Positions 9,842 through 22,820 of a stretch of 64,000 nt of DNA are shown here, piece after piece. Source of the DNA: Nemertoderma westbladi (Eukaryota > Animalia > Xenacoelomorpha); assembly GCA_032718475.1 (NCBI GenBank), contig JAUCBJ010008490.1, forward strand, positions 1 to 64,000, written 5' to 3'. The notes below the pieces were generated by a model. The model was given only the letters and a program-made list of their open reading frames with translations. It did not search any database and was not told the DNA's origin. The number at the start of each line of letters is the position of its first letter. The stretch's first letter is position 1. A program made the translations under genes and the position numbers.

Positions 9842-12529
9842 ATGGATGAAGACGAAACTCTCCCGTTCTTGGCAGACTCTACTCCGTCCTTGACCCGCTC
9901 GCGTCACATGGAGGTTCTACCGAGATCTCCATCGGAGAGATCGAACGGCAATGGCAATGACGAAATTCGTTTAGTACCTGGAGGTGGTCCAGCAAGAAGA
10001 TATGCTACTACGACAACCACACCACGAGAAGAATTCTGCTTAGTAGACCAAGACCATGGAGAACCAACAAAAACTGTTACCTTTCGAGGAGGAGGACACC
10101 GCGATTTAGACCCCCATAGTGAAAGTGTACATGTACAGGTTGGTGCTAGCAGCCAATACAGTAGGCCCAACAGTAGGCATGCTGTGCAAAATAATAGTGA
10201 TCGTACACCTAACATATCAAGGAGTGAATTCTTTAATTTTTGGGAAGATCGGTTGGTTATGGAGGACAGTGACAGGAGACCAAGATCACGACACAGGTCT
10301 GACTACCCAGACCGTGACAGGTTTAACCCTACAGAGAGAAATAATGGAAATTATTATTATCTACCAGACGAGGCTAATTACGTGGTAGGGACTGGACCGA
10401 CGGTAGTTAGGCCCTCTCCTTTTACTGGGGAAGACCCCAGAGAGGTAATAGACGAATGGATTGGTAGATTTGATAGGGCAGCCAATGCCAACGCATGGTC
10501 ATTTTCTAAAAGAGGCATGATCCTTCCTGCGTATTTGGAAGGGAGAGCAGGTCGATGGTACCAAGCAAATAAGACCTCTCTAGATCGTCTCAACTATTCA
10601 CAGTTATGTAATGAATTGTTAGATAGGTTTGTCAGCAGTGCAATTCGTTTTTCATATTATGACGAATTCATAAAATTACACCAAACTGCAACAGAAACAG
10701 TTGAAGATTTTGCTGATAAATTAAAAAGAGTTGCGCGCCGTGCATTATCTTCCCCAGACACAGTGGAGGCACAAAGCAGGATACGAGACCAATTTTTGTA
10801 TGGTCTCCATATAACGATTCGCTGCAAGGTTTTAGAACATGTAGCACATGAGTCCCCTTTAGAAAACGTCATTGCAGAGGCTAAAATGCTAGAAGCTAGT
10901 GTACGTGTAGATAACCCTATGTTAAAAGCACCACTTACGGAAGATGATATTGAACGTATCATTCAGAAGTCTAGAGAAAAAATTCATTACAGATCACCGT
11001 CAAATCATAAAACCGAATTTAATTTGGAAAGTACCTCTCGGTTTGAGGAAAGCGTTAATAAATTATCTAAACAGGTAAGTGAACTTACAAGTAAGTTTAA
11101 CGAATTATCTGGTGGAAATAAATCCAAGTGTTATGAATGTGGTAGCTTGTCACATTTAAGGAATTTATGTCCCCAGCTCACAAGACAAAAGGTAAGATTT
11201 GACTCGGCTGATAGAAGTAATAGAAGCAGAGAACAGTCACAAGAACGAGGTAACATGGATAACAAACACGATAATAAACGGGAAAACCGCAGCAAATCCT
11301 TCCAAAACAATTCAGTTCGGTCAAGTTTACTTCGAGTAAATTCGACGCAGGAGTTAATTACGGAAGTACTTGTTGAAAGTAACCCAGTTGAAGCAAATGT
11401 AGATACAGGGTCACAAGTTACTATTATTACCCAAGAATTCCTTAATAAAAATATTGGAAACACACTTTACATGTATCATGGACAAACATTAACAACATTA
11501 GGAGGTGATAAAGTAGATAGTCTAGGTAGAACGAAATTAAATATTCATTGGGGAAATAATTCATGGACGGGTCTTGTGCACGTAGTCCCTACTTTGAATT
11601 GTAGTACAAATTTGCTGTTGGGTATAGATAGCATTATTACACTAAATATTCTAGAAACGGGATTGAAAATTATTAAGGGCGATGAAACCCAGACAAACAA
11701 TGCTGATTCCAACAATCCACAGGATTTCAATAACCAATCTCAAACGAATAAAACTGAAAATACGACAGAAACTAAAACATACAATGATGAGAAAGCGTTA
11801 AATAATGATAAGGTTAATATAGAATTAGCGAAGTCAGTAAGTGTTAATAATGCCTATAAAGTTTTGCGAATAAGTTCGAAAGGTAATGTGATAATACATC
11901 CAAGATCAGAGGCTTTAATAAAAGGCAACGTAATAGGTAATAAGCTGAGTTTACGGAATAAGGCTAAGGTAGGAATTTTTATTCCTGAACAGGAAAAATT
12001 AGCCAGATCAGGATTGCTCGGAGCAAAGTCAATACATACACTAAATAATAAGGGTCATCTATACTGTAGACTTTTAAATTCAACTGATTCTAAACTAACA
12101 GTAAGATGTGGTGAACATTTGGGGTCTCTCGAAACATACACTGAAATTATAGATAATAATAGTTCTGATAACCAGTTTGTAAGTTCAACACACGTAAATG
12201 AATGCGACTGGCCTAACTTAGGGACTGAAGCGCAAACAGAAAGTTTACATTTTATTCTTAGAAAACATTCATCAGTAATATCAACTGGCCAATACGATGT
12301 GGGTTATTGCGACATTGAAACCCATAATATTGATGTAACAGGAGGTCCGATTAAACAACGTCCATATCGAACCCCATATAAACATCGCAATTATATGAAA
12401 TCGGCAATTGACGACATGTTAGAAGCTGATGTGATAGAAGAAAGCCACAGCCCGTGGGCTAGTCCAGTAGTCCTAGTAAAGAAACCCGATATGAGGCACT
12501 CGTTTTTGTGTAGACTATCGAAAAATTAA
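9842..12529 (+). CDS. gag-pol: Gypsy Gag - zinc knuckle - aspartic protease - start of RT (frameshift near 12490)
   Basis: Capsid-like region (PSPFTGED...LEGRAGRWY), CYECGSLSHLRNLC knuckle, protease VDTGS, RT start SPWASPVVLVKKPD; RFCVDYRKINA continues in another frame. Confidence 0.92.
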   Translation: MDEDETLPFLADSTPSLTRSRHMEVLPRSPSERSNGNGNDEIRLVPGGGPARRYATTTTTPREEFCLVDQDHGEPTKTVTFRGGGHRDLDPHSESVHVQVGASSQYSRPNSRHAVQNNSDRTPNISRSEFFNFWEDRLVMEDSDRRPRSRHRSDYPDRDRFNPTERNNGNYYYLPDEANYVVGTGPTVVRPSPFTGEDPREVIDEWIGRFDRAANANAWSFSKRGMILPAYLEGRAGRWYQANKTSLDRLNYSQLCNELLDRFVSSAIRFSYYDEFIKLHQTATETVEDFADKLKRVARRALSSPDTVEAQSRIRDQFLYGLHITIRCKVLEHVAHESPLENVIAEAKMLEASVRVDNPMLKAPLTEDDIERIIQKSREKIHYRSPSNHKTEFNLESTSRFEESVNKLSKQVSELTSKFNELSGGNKSKCYECGSLSHLRNLCPQLTRQKVRFDSADRSNRSREQSQERGNMDNKHDNKRENRSKSFQNNSVRSSLLRVNSTQELITEVLVESNPVEANVDTGSQVTIITQEFLNKNIGNTLYMYHGQTLTTLGGDKVDSLGRTKLNIHWGNNSWTGLVHVVPTLNCSTNLLLGIDSIITLNILETGLKIIKGDETQTNNADSNNPQDFNNQSQTNKTENTTETKTYNDEKALNNDKVNIELAKSVSVNNAYKVLRISSKGNVIIHPRSEALIKGNVIGNKLSLRNKAKVGIFIPEQEKLARSGLLGAKSIHTLNNKGHLYCRLLNSTDSKLTVRCGEHLGSLETYTEIIDNNSSDNQFVSSTHVNECDWPNLGTEAQTESLHFILRKHSSVISTGQYDVGYCDIETHNIDVTGGPIKQRPYRTPYKHRNYMKSAIDDMLEADVIEESHSPWASPVVLVKKPDMRHSFLCRLSKN
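9909..9926 (+). promoter_or_regulatory. Primer-binding site, tRNA-Gln type
   Basis: TGGAGGTTCTACCGAGAT immediately after the LTR CA end; close to the known tRNA-Gln PBS TGGAGGTTCCACCGAGAT. Confidence 0.85.
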
Positions 12530-15038
12530 TGCTATCACCAATGTGTCCGTACGTCCACTACCAAGGATTGATGAGGTACTAGATCACTTCGGAGGTAATT
12601 GCTTATTTTCAACCCTAGATTTGACCAATGGCTACTGGAATGTAGGTGTGAAGGAATCAGACAAAACAAAGACTAGCTTTGTTACAGAAAATGGACAATG
12701 GCAGTTTAAAAGGATGCCATATGGGTTGTCTGGCGCACCCGCAACGTTTCAAAGTTTAATGAGCAGAATATTGTATCGGTTAGAGGGGCATATTTGTCTT
12801 GTATACCTAGACGATGTAATAATATATTCAGCTAGCTTTGAACAACACATGAAGGATCTAGACGCAGTACTTACATTAATCGCCGATGCAGGACTGAAAC
12901 TGAAACTTAGAAAATGTAAATTTGCGTTGAAAGAAGTAGAATATTTAGGTCATAACGTGTCAGGTAAGGGAATACAGCCAACCAATAAGAATAAAGAGGC
13001 AGTATCACGTTTTCCTACACCAAACTCAATCACAACAGTTCGTCAGTTCTTAGGTCTAGCCTCATTTTATCGTAAGTTTATTAAAAACTTTGCAGATATA
13101 GCAAAGCCACTTACAGAATTGCTTCGTAAGGATAAGTCATTTAAATGGAACCATAATTGTGAAGAAGCCTTCAATAATCTAAAACAACGCCTTATCACAT
13201 CTCCTATATTGTCATATCCTGATTTGAGTTCCACCGCGGGTAAGTATAAACTATATACTGATGCATCTATAACAGGTTTGGGAGTAACTCTTGAACAATC
13301 ACAGGACGATAAAATGGTTGTGATTGGATACGCCAGTAGGACACTCTTACCTGCCGAATCCAGATATTCTGTCCACGAGTTGGAGGCTCTGGCTGTTGTC
13401 TGGGGAGTGAAGAAGTTCAGACACTACTTATTAGGAAATCAGTTTGAAGTAGTTACAGACCACCAAGCTCTAAAGTGGTTGTTGACGACTAAAGAACCAA
13501 CGGGACGTATAGCAAGATGGAGCATTATTCTTCAAGAATACAATTATACTGTACTACATCGACCAGGGCGGTTTCATTCCCATGTTGACGCTTTGAGCCG
13601 TAACCCCATTAATCATGATAGCCCACAAGAAGATTCTGACATACCTGGACCTTTACTACATATACCATTGCAAACAAACACAAAAGATAATTCAGGTAAG
13701 GGAAGAACACACTAAGAAGAAGAAGTTGTAACCGTTGGAATTACTCAGGTTAGTCCCGCACAAGGATCAATTATCATTAAAGAGTTGAGTCCAGAGACTC
13801 ATGGAGAGCTGAACTTTATAACGATCCACGGCTAGAAGAATTAATACGTTTAAAGGAAGGTAAGGAAGGACCAGCTATAGGAGAAACACCTAGAGCACAA
13901 CAATTAAGATTAGTAAATAATATTACTATTGATAAAAAGACAGGGTTCATCTATTACTTAGGACCATCAAAGCAGGAGCGTTTGTTGCTTGTACCTAAAT
14001 CTTTGGTAAATAAAATACTGTATGAACTACATGATGGTACTTCTGGTGGCCATCTAGGTATATCAAAGACCTGCGTGAAAATTCGCCAGCGTTACTGGTG
14101 GCCAACTTTGAGGGCAGACGTACAAGCCTATTGTAAATCATGTATTCATTGCCAACGCGCAAAAAGACCAAACACTAATATAGTTACACCGCTACATCCT
14201 CTTCCAGTGACCCCAAATCCATTTGATCGTGTAGAATTTGATTTGATTGGTCCGTTTCATAAGTCTAAGAATGGAAATCGTTATATTGCACTTTTTGTAG
14301 ATAGTCTAACAAAGTGGCCAGAAGCAACAGCAATTCCAGACAAATCCGCAAAGAGCGTAGCGCGCGAGTTTGTAAATGAAGTCGTATGTCGCCATGGCGC
14401 CCCCAGAAAATTACTCACAGACCAAGATTCAAACTTTCGATCAGAACTTCTTAATGAGGTAAATACAATAGCGTATAGAACGAGTTGTCAAGACACGGTG
14501 AAAACAACTGTTATCAGCTAAGGATAATATTAACTTATCAAATTATACACAAATAATGTCAGAAACATTACTGTCGGCTCGAGATACAGCAAAATTATTA
14601 CAGGAACACAGTAGGGGGAAATCGTCAAACCACTATAACAAATATCATAATACAAAGACACCTACATTTAAACCCAATGATCTTGTTTTAGTTGAAGCTA
14701 AGACGTGTCCCAAAGGTAAGAGTAAGAAATTGCGTCCGAAATATACAGGTCCATTTACAGTTATAGAATGGGTTGGAGAAAATCTCAAGTTACAGGGAGC
14801 AAGAGGTAAACCTATTATTGTTCATCCAAATATGGTTAAACTGGCCGCAGTACGTGAAATTGATGATGTCAGATTGAAATACCCTGCGATTATCGCTGAT
14901 ACTGACACCGAAACCAGTGACCTTGAAAGTGGAGAAATACCTCCTTGGTTGCTTAACCGTCATAACTATAACTCTACTGAGATTGATTATATTGACTCCA
15001 ACTCACCTGCTATTGTGACAACCTACGACAAAATGTGA
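12490..15038 (+). pseudogene. pol: Gypsy pol remainder: RT, RNase H and integrase, with frameshifts/stops and an internal integrase deletion
   Basis: YLDD, YTDAS, ELEALAVVW, TDHQAL; integrase H...GGH...CIHC, FDLIGP, TDQDSNF; the YHPQ..G.VE segment carrying the catalytic E is missing near 14470; C-terminal PKYTGPF motif in 14556..15038. Confidence 0.92.
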
Positions 15039-15514
15039 TACAGTATCACATTTATTATGGTGGTATTAAACCAAAACTCAGAAAATAGCAGGTTAGGTTC
15101 AATTGAACCGAATATAAGATATTCAGTACTAACAGTACAATGTGAAAAATTGTTATCACAAATTACTTAACGTAGTGTTAATTTTGGTAGTTATACTAAC
15201 ATAAAATAGTAAAAAGTAGAAAGGCTGCATAGCACTCAACTTTTTTTTTTTCATTTATACTGTAGCTACTATAGAATATTTGATATGTTATTTCTTTCTT
15301 ACCATACTAATGGACACGAGTCATGCATGTGTGTTATTCTAAACTACAGAAGGCTGTAGTGATGTTGTTTTATATTACAGTTTATTCAACATTATTTTAC
15401 ACATCGCAATTTAGGTTTGATCCACCGATCCACGTTGTTACTGTATTTGCAAAGTTCAATTTCATCTTATTATAAAAAAAAAATCGAGGACGATTTTTGT
15501 CTGAAGTGTGGGGG

Positions 15515-16324
15515 TGTGACGTCAACTACAAGTCAGCCACCCCATACGGTTACATTAAATTGTAACTTTATAATCCAGTTAAGAATGTTTTCTACAGCAT
15601 TTACCCATCGGCACTATTTAAAGTTTTGGCATGTCAATAAAATATTTTCTACAGTAAATTAAGACCCCCCCGTGATATGAAAACGTTTCCTATAAAAACA
15701 TCCAGCTGTCAATTAAATTATATTATATTTCCGTTCATCCATTGAAAAATACTGATGTCTGGTTTTAAAGACTTGACAGAATTAACTTCAGATAAAAACA
15801 ATCCTACACTTTCGGAATAGCATCCGCCAATCACAACAGATGTTATATTTCCAAATATTATAAAATAGAACGTTGTTAAACAGAGGGGATTTTTTTTGTT
15901 ATGATGATTGTTTAGGTTTTGTGTTGTTGGTCTTACTGTACTTGGGTTTGGGTGGGGGTAGTGTTTGATTATAATACACAGCATGATCAATTCTCAAGTT
16001 TATATATTATTATACGTCCATATTATATTATACTTTATCAACACATTGACTGAGACGATATTATTTTAACCTACTCTCCTCCTGATCTCCGCAGCATATA
16101 GAATTCCCTGGCAAAACTCTTCTTCGCAACCTCCTCAATTTATTGGCACATACATACTCTATCTTTTATTATCGCTCTTCGATTGTCTCCCATGCCATGG
16201 GCGAACTACTGTACGCGCGTGACGGCGTTTATTGAGTGGGTTTTTTTGGTTGGTTGAATGGATGAAGACGAAACTCTCCCGTTCTTGGCAGACTCTAATC
16301 CGTCCTTGACCCACTCGCGTCACA
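15515..16324 (+). repeat. Gypsy 3' LTR (810 bp)
   Basis: TG...CA ends, preceded by a purine tract and followed by TSD ACTG. Confidence 0.96.
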
Positions 16325-16717
16325 ACTGGCTGACTGGTACCGCGGTACCGGTGCAGTGATTATAGATCACATATACCTGTATGCTATTTTAAATATAATT
16401 TTTGTAGTTCTAACATAACTTATTTACATATATCAACGTACTTAGATTTATTTTGTATTATTGTTCGATTGTTGATTTTACTTGTACAGGTTCAATAAGC
16501 TTAGGCTTTCTAATACCTTAAACATTAAACATACTGGTAGCCTACAGGACAGGCCTAATTCTGTAGACCCTAATTAGCCATGCTGCCATGCTATGCACTG
16601 CAGTGCGGAATCCGGAGTGCTGGACTGCGGTCCTGAATTAGGTGGGTATATCTTTTGCGTAGAGGTATAGCCTACATAGAGGCTTCATGAGGTATGTGTA
16701 GCCTACATGTAGATGCA

Positions 16718-17428
16718 GGATATATCTTTTTACAGAACACAGCAGAACACAGTAGAACACAGCAGAACACAATAGAATACAGGCGGAACATAGGCGAACA
16801 CAGCTGTAATTAAAATCTACACCAAAAAATAACACACTTGGGAAAGTACCGGATTTAATCATACAACTGTAAGATGTCAATTACATATTTAAATTAAATG
16901 GCGGTTTTCATATCCTCCAAAATAAATTACTTCTCATTATCCTGTAACCATGGAGAGTTGGTTAGTTCTACAGCAGTACAGTACCGGTAGCTGAGTAGGC
17001 CTACATCAGTACATTGGTAATATACTCTACACTGTGCCCGGTAATTGCCGGTAAATGCCTACATCTGTCTGTCTGTACAATGTACAGTCTGTCAGTATGT
17101 ACATGTCTCTACAGCACTAGGCCTACTGCAGTACTGGAACAGGCTGACAGGCAGACTGCTGGACTAGTAACAGGTACAGGCCTAACCGAACAGCTGATCG
17201 GGCAACTCTGATCAGGTAATTTATTTTGGAGGATATGGAAACCGCCATTTAATTTAAATATGTAATTGACATCTTACAGTTGTATGATTAAGTCCGGTAC
17301 TTTCCCAAGTGTGTTATTTTTTGGTGTAGATTTTAATTACAGCTATGTTCGCCTATGTTCCGCCTGTATTCTATTGTGTTCTGCTGTGTTCTACTGTGTT
17401 CTGCTGTGTTCTGTAAAAAGAACTATCC
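16718..17428. mobile_element. MULE-type MITE, 711 bp, ~210-bp TIRs
   Basis: TSD GTAGATGCA at 16709-16717 and 17429-17437; 16718-16930 is the near-perfect reverse complement of 17216-17428. Confidence 0.93.
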
Positions 17429-18892
17429 GTAGATGCACGTGTAGGGTGAATGTAGGTAGGTGTAGTCCCATAGATATTAATGTAATTTATGTGTCAACTT
17501 GCAGTAATGTGATACACGGTCGTCAATCAGGATGTATGGCAATAATCTCTGATCTCCACGGTACAATACGGTACATCAACCTGCAGACCTGTCTGCTGTC
17601 AGACAACAGGTTTTACTGCATACTGCAGTACTGTATAAATATCAAACATCGCGTTCTGATTATACTAAAGTCCCTTACTCCATCCATACTCGTCATAAAT
17701 ATTATGCCCTAATAAATTTGAGTATGCTAACGCCACGAAAGGCATCGTTCCATTAGATTAACTCGTTCTGATTTATATGTTTATTGAGTAATAAGAGTAA
17801 CCTAAACAAGAACAGCCATCATCGCGGGGACTATAGTCTACAGTACCAGAAACCCTGACCCCCCTATGCCCCTCTTTATCTTTTTATCAACCATACATCC
17901 ATGGGACTTGAACAGTACTTCAGCATTGAAATGTTTTGGACGTTTTGTTTTGAAAGTAAAAATATAGAAGTCTGGAAGTTTTGTTTGTTTTAATTTTTCA
18001 GGCAGTCACATTCCACCAACCAGCAACAGTCCCATCCCTTCCCACTATCCCGCGGACCACCACACTGTTTCATTATAACCCTAGTAGCACAATAACGTCT
18101 ATTTCACGTTGAAATTCGTTAAAACCACGTTCTGAACGTGGTTCAGTTAAAGTCCAGTACACGTTTATGAATGGCGTGTTTTTCCACGTATTTTGCAACA
18201 CCAAAATACCCATCAAACGAACGTTAATATTGGAATTGCCTTGAACGTCGCAAAATCGTTAGTAAACGTATAATTGTTTTGCTCTGAACTAAATTTAAAC
18301 GCAAAAGGTGGATATTTGTGCGTTCAATTATGTAGCTATCACCCATTGTTGAACGACTTATTTGAACTATTTTTAAACATTATATAATTCGGTTCAGAAA
18401 TTGTTATAGTACGACTAAATAGACGTCATAGTTGCGTTCATTTGTATCGGAGCTCCACTGTCAATGAACTCAATTTGTAAAATGAATTTGTATTTTATTC
18501 ATATTCTGCTTGAAGTCTTAAACTAGATAACCAGTTAGCTTAGTTATCCATGTGCTGCTTGAAGTCTCAGACTAGATACCCATAGCTTAGTTTATCATGT
18601 GTCTCAAAATCTTAAACTGTATTACTGTCCCACTTTATAGAGTTTGATAATAGATAAGCAAATTAATATATTCCCAATAACATCAATAACCAACAAATAT
18701 TCAAAATTAACTTAACATTAAACTTTAAAGGTAATTTACTCACAACAGTGTATTTGACAACTAATGCAATATGTTTTTTAGCTCTGGGATGTTGGCAAAT
18801 TATATTCAATATCTAACTCAAAAACCTTAGAACCAACATTCAAACTTAACTTAACACTAAACTTTAAAGGCAATTTGTAAAGTTATTCTTAT

Positions 18893-21800
18893 TCAGTTAT
18901 CTTTATTCTGACCCTGTCCACTCTTCCTTTCTCCTTCCATTTTCCTGGATGTCGAGTGCTTTAGCCAATCCTTCATTTTTTCCTCAATGTGGTGAAGTAC
19001 TGCACCGCCACCTGACTGCATAACTGCCTTTGTAATTGCTTTGCAAATCTAAACACATAAGAAAAAATAATAAGTAATAATTTTTTCTACTCTGGTTATT
19101 GCCCTGTAAAAAAACTTTGCGTGTAACCTAACACCTTTTAAGATTAATGTGCGAGGTTTTTCAAAATGTTCTATAATACATATTTTTTGTTCTAAAAATC
19201 TTTTCGTGACAATTTTAATTTATTTATATCGTACGCAAATTTTATTGTTGAAATATAAACCGTATGTTTAAAAAAAATAATAAATAAAATAATAAAAAAA
19301 AATAATAATAAAATGGTGTAATAAAATGTTCTATAACAAAAATTATTGTTCTAGAACATCATTTGTTTTAAAATGAATAGATAATATTTTCTAAAACATT
19401 AAAAAAAATAATTAAAATTTATTAAATTTTAATTAAATTTTAATTAAATTTATTACATTTTATTAAATTTAAAAAATTAAATATAAAATTCAAACAATTA
19501 TGGAATGGAGTGGAGTAGTATAAAATTTGAATTTGTATTAAGAAGAAAATACATGGAGAAAATAAATGGAGAAAATACATGACACAATAGACTCTTTTCA
19601 ACATACAGTATAATACATTCATTTTTAATAAATTTGATACTCGCGCAACACTCAGTACAATGTAGTTTTGCTATGAAGACATTTTGGACGGCAATTCTGC
19701 TAGTATATACACATAAATAGTATAGTGTGTGTCACAATTTCTGGAAAATTAATAGTCGTGATATATTAATTAATATAGTATAGTACAGTACTACAGTAAT
19801 AATAATACAATTTCATATTTTAAAATGAATAGATAATATTTTCTAAAACATTAAAAAAAATAATTAAAATTTATTAAATTTTAATTAAATTTTAATTAAA
19901 TTTATTACATTTTATTAAATTTAAAAAATTAAATATAAAATTCAAACAATTATGGAATGGAGTGGAGTAGTATAAAATTTGATGACAAATTGCTTGATAA
20001 TACTATATATTAATTACCTTCGTATCTCTAAATGCCTTCTTTCCATTTGATCCTATCCAATTAAAATGCGCCCCAAGATCATTGGTAATGCAATGGCGCA
20101 TTGCGGCACAGACTGTGGCCATGGAGTCGGGGCCACCAACGCACTGGATTTCGTGAACCATTCGGTTGAAGAAGGAGAGATCGCATAGCTTGGCTTCTAG
20201 AGCATGAAATTGATCTAATGATGATAAAGGTAGATACGTGCATGGGGAAGCATCCTGCAGTTCCTCATCGTTAATAGGAATAGCCGTCTTCAATTGGCAT
20301 AAAACTGCCTTCATCAGCCGGGTTAAGGCTCTAAGATTCTCTTTAATATACTCCTGATTTGATAATATTTGCGCCACTGCGCTTGGCTTTTCTACTTTTG
20401 ATGTGGTTCCGCCACACTTTGTTGTGAGTCCGGACACGGATACTTCATCGATCAATGCCTGGGATGACGTTGAAGCAGGATTAGGTGTCTGGATGTCGGC
20501 ATTGTCTACCGCGGTAGACATAATTAAATTCCATGCATCTTGTCCAATAGTAGCTAGCACTACGTTTCTATTCTGCTCGTCCTCATTAGGTGTCTCTGGG
20601 ATCGTGGCTCCCGCTGCACTTACATCACCAGACCCAGTACCTTCTCCAATCGTGGCTCCCGCTGCACTTACATCACCAGACCCAGTACCTTCTCCAATCG
20701 TGGCACCTGCTGCACTTACATCACCAGAACCAGTACCTTCTCCAATCGTGACACCTGCTGCACTTATATCACCAGACCCAGATGGCACTTGGTCTGGTGA
20801 TGGAAACAGAGGAATTTCTCCAAATAGAATTCTACAATCGAAATCTTTCCTTAATTTGCTATCTATTCCTCTGCTACACGTATTATACTGAGATGCATCG
20901 TCCTAAAATGCACAAAATTAGCATTTAATGAACTAACATGTGTGGAAAAACGAGACATGGGGGGGGGGGGGGATTGGATGCAAAACCCGCCTTGGCGAAT
21001 TAATTTCCCTCCTCAATGTTAAATTCTCAATTTAGGGAAATGAGCAGGTTACAGTGGCACGTTATTTTAACCAAAACAATAAACTAAACGCAATAGAACA
21101 GATTTAAGATAACTTTTTTGTTTTATTAGACCAATATCGGGAGAAAAAGTTGCACTTTTTTCGCCTAGGGATAAAAAGTGACCCATAGGATTGCATTGAT
21201 TTTACTTTTTTTCCCGGCGAAAAAAGTAAAACAAAATATTTTTGGTGGAATTTCGTAAATTTTATTAAATGTGTTCAATGAGCATTGACGTAGAAAAGGT
21301 TAGCAAGTAATTTGAGCAATATCCACACTCAAAAGTTATTGGAACTTTAGTGTCTGCGCGGCGAACTACAAAACGGAACTCTATATCCAATATTGGTTTA
21401 TGTTGTTAAGCGGCTCTCTAGTTACGTAATAAATATTCTAGAACACTATATTATTTAACATTGAGTAAAGCAGTATCAGGAGTTGAAGGGTACAGTAAAT
21501 TAAATTGCAGTAACTATGGAAGCAATATAGTAAAAAACTACAGTTCAATACATTTTGTAACACTATTGTACTGTAGTATATCGCTTTACGTTTTATTAAA
21601 CAATTAAGCAACAAAAAAGTACCAATTTAAGAATAAAATTACGTATTACATGGGAAAAAACACGTAGACCACTTTCTTTCAAAATGCTCTCGACCCTTTA
21701 TTAACCTCGTTGACGCTCGCTAAATAAAATGCCTCGAGAATAATGAAAAAAAAATTTTTACTTTTTTTCCCATGTAATAAATAATTATTATGTCCGCAAT

Positions 21801-22806
21801 TGCGGATAAAAAAGTGAATTTTTAAAAGAAAGTTGAATTATTTGGGGGAATTATTAATTATTGTAACTATGCATATTATTTAAACTTTCTAGAACATTCC
21901 TGTTGCAAACATTAAGTTGTTAAGTTGTTTCTAAACTAAACACTTACCTGATCTGATGATGATTCATCACCGTCATTAATGTACCCATCACTGTTTAGGA
22001 TGTTATAATTAATCTTGGGTCGTTTCCTGAGAGGTTCGCAAACAATCTGCGATTCTTCATCTTCGCCGCATGTGGATTGTTCGGTTATTAATCCATCATT
22101 CTCAGCCTTGGCGGCTAAGATCACAGCCCGTTCATTGGAATCTGGAAGATAATAATACAAATAATGTACATGAGTCAAAAACAACATGACATGATCGTGA
22201 TCGTCATGCACTATGATGTAATATAATTTGAGAAAATACGTTTATTATAGGAAGGGATGTAGGGGTATTAAGAAGAAAATACATGGAGAAAATAAATGGA
22301 GAAAATACATGACACAATAGACTCTTTTCAACATACAGTATAATACATTCATTTTTAATAAATTTGATACTCGCGCAACACTCAGTACAATGTAGTTTTG
22401 CTATGAAGACATTTTGGACGGCAATTCTGCTAGTATATACACATAAATAGTATAGTGTGTGTCACAATTTCTGGAAAATTAATAGTCGTGATATATTAAT
22501 TAATATAGTATAGTACAGTACTACAGTAATAATAATACAATTTCATATTTTGTAATGCAATGACGAACGAAACTAACTGGTATATTGGAGGATCCTTATT
22601 TTATATTTTGGCCACTTTGTAACGTCGCCTTCACCTCGTCTTCTTCTTATTCCACCGGCGTTCTTTGGGGGCCAGAATATATAACTAAGTGACGATTTGG
22701 GTGGCTCCACACTTGTTCCCAAGCCCAACCACGTTGATGGTGCCCAATCCACACTATCGTTTTCGAGGAAATGTACTATAACAAAGTTCTTCATCATACA
22801 CAGCAT
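18893..22806 (-). CDS. Spliced accessory gene of the EnSpm element (DUF4806-like), exons 22806-22578, 22141-21948, 20902-20018, 19048-18893; 487 aa
   Basis: All three introns are GT-AG with compatible phases (1,0,0). N-terminus FVIVHFLENDSVDWAPSTWL...FWPP and C-terminus LPLSSLDQFHALEAKL...GG...FNWIG..GKKAF...MKDWLKHS fit this TE-associated family. Contains four 15-aa GTGSGDVSAAGATIGE-type repeats. Confidence 0.8.
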
Positions 22807-22820
22807 ATAAATATCACAGT

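Larger units (their letters stand above)
5855..9908 (+). repeat. Gypsy 5' LTR, split into 5855-6367 and 9609-9908 by an insertion
   Basis: The two halves together match the 3' LTR 15515-16324 with only a handful of differences. Confidence 0.95.
5855..16324 (+). mobile_element. Ty3/Gypsy LTR retrotransposon, full-length but disabled
   Basis: LTRs TGTGACG...CGTCACA; TSD ACTG at 5851-5854 and 16325-16328; PBS 9909-9926; purine tract gaagtgtggggg before the 3' LTR; domain order gag-PR-RT-RNaseH-IN. Confidence 0.96.

Noticed and set aside
12480-12545. Programmed ribosomal frameshift between the Gypsy ORFs
   Set aside because: The break falls inside conserved RT (KKPD/RFCVDY) rather than at the gag-pol border, and other lesions exist, so it is decay.
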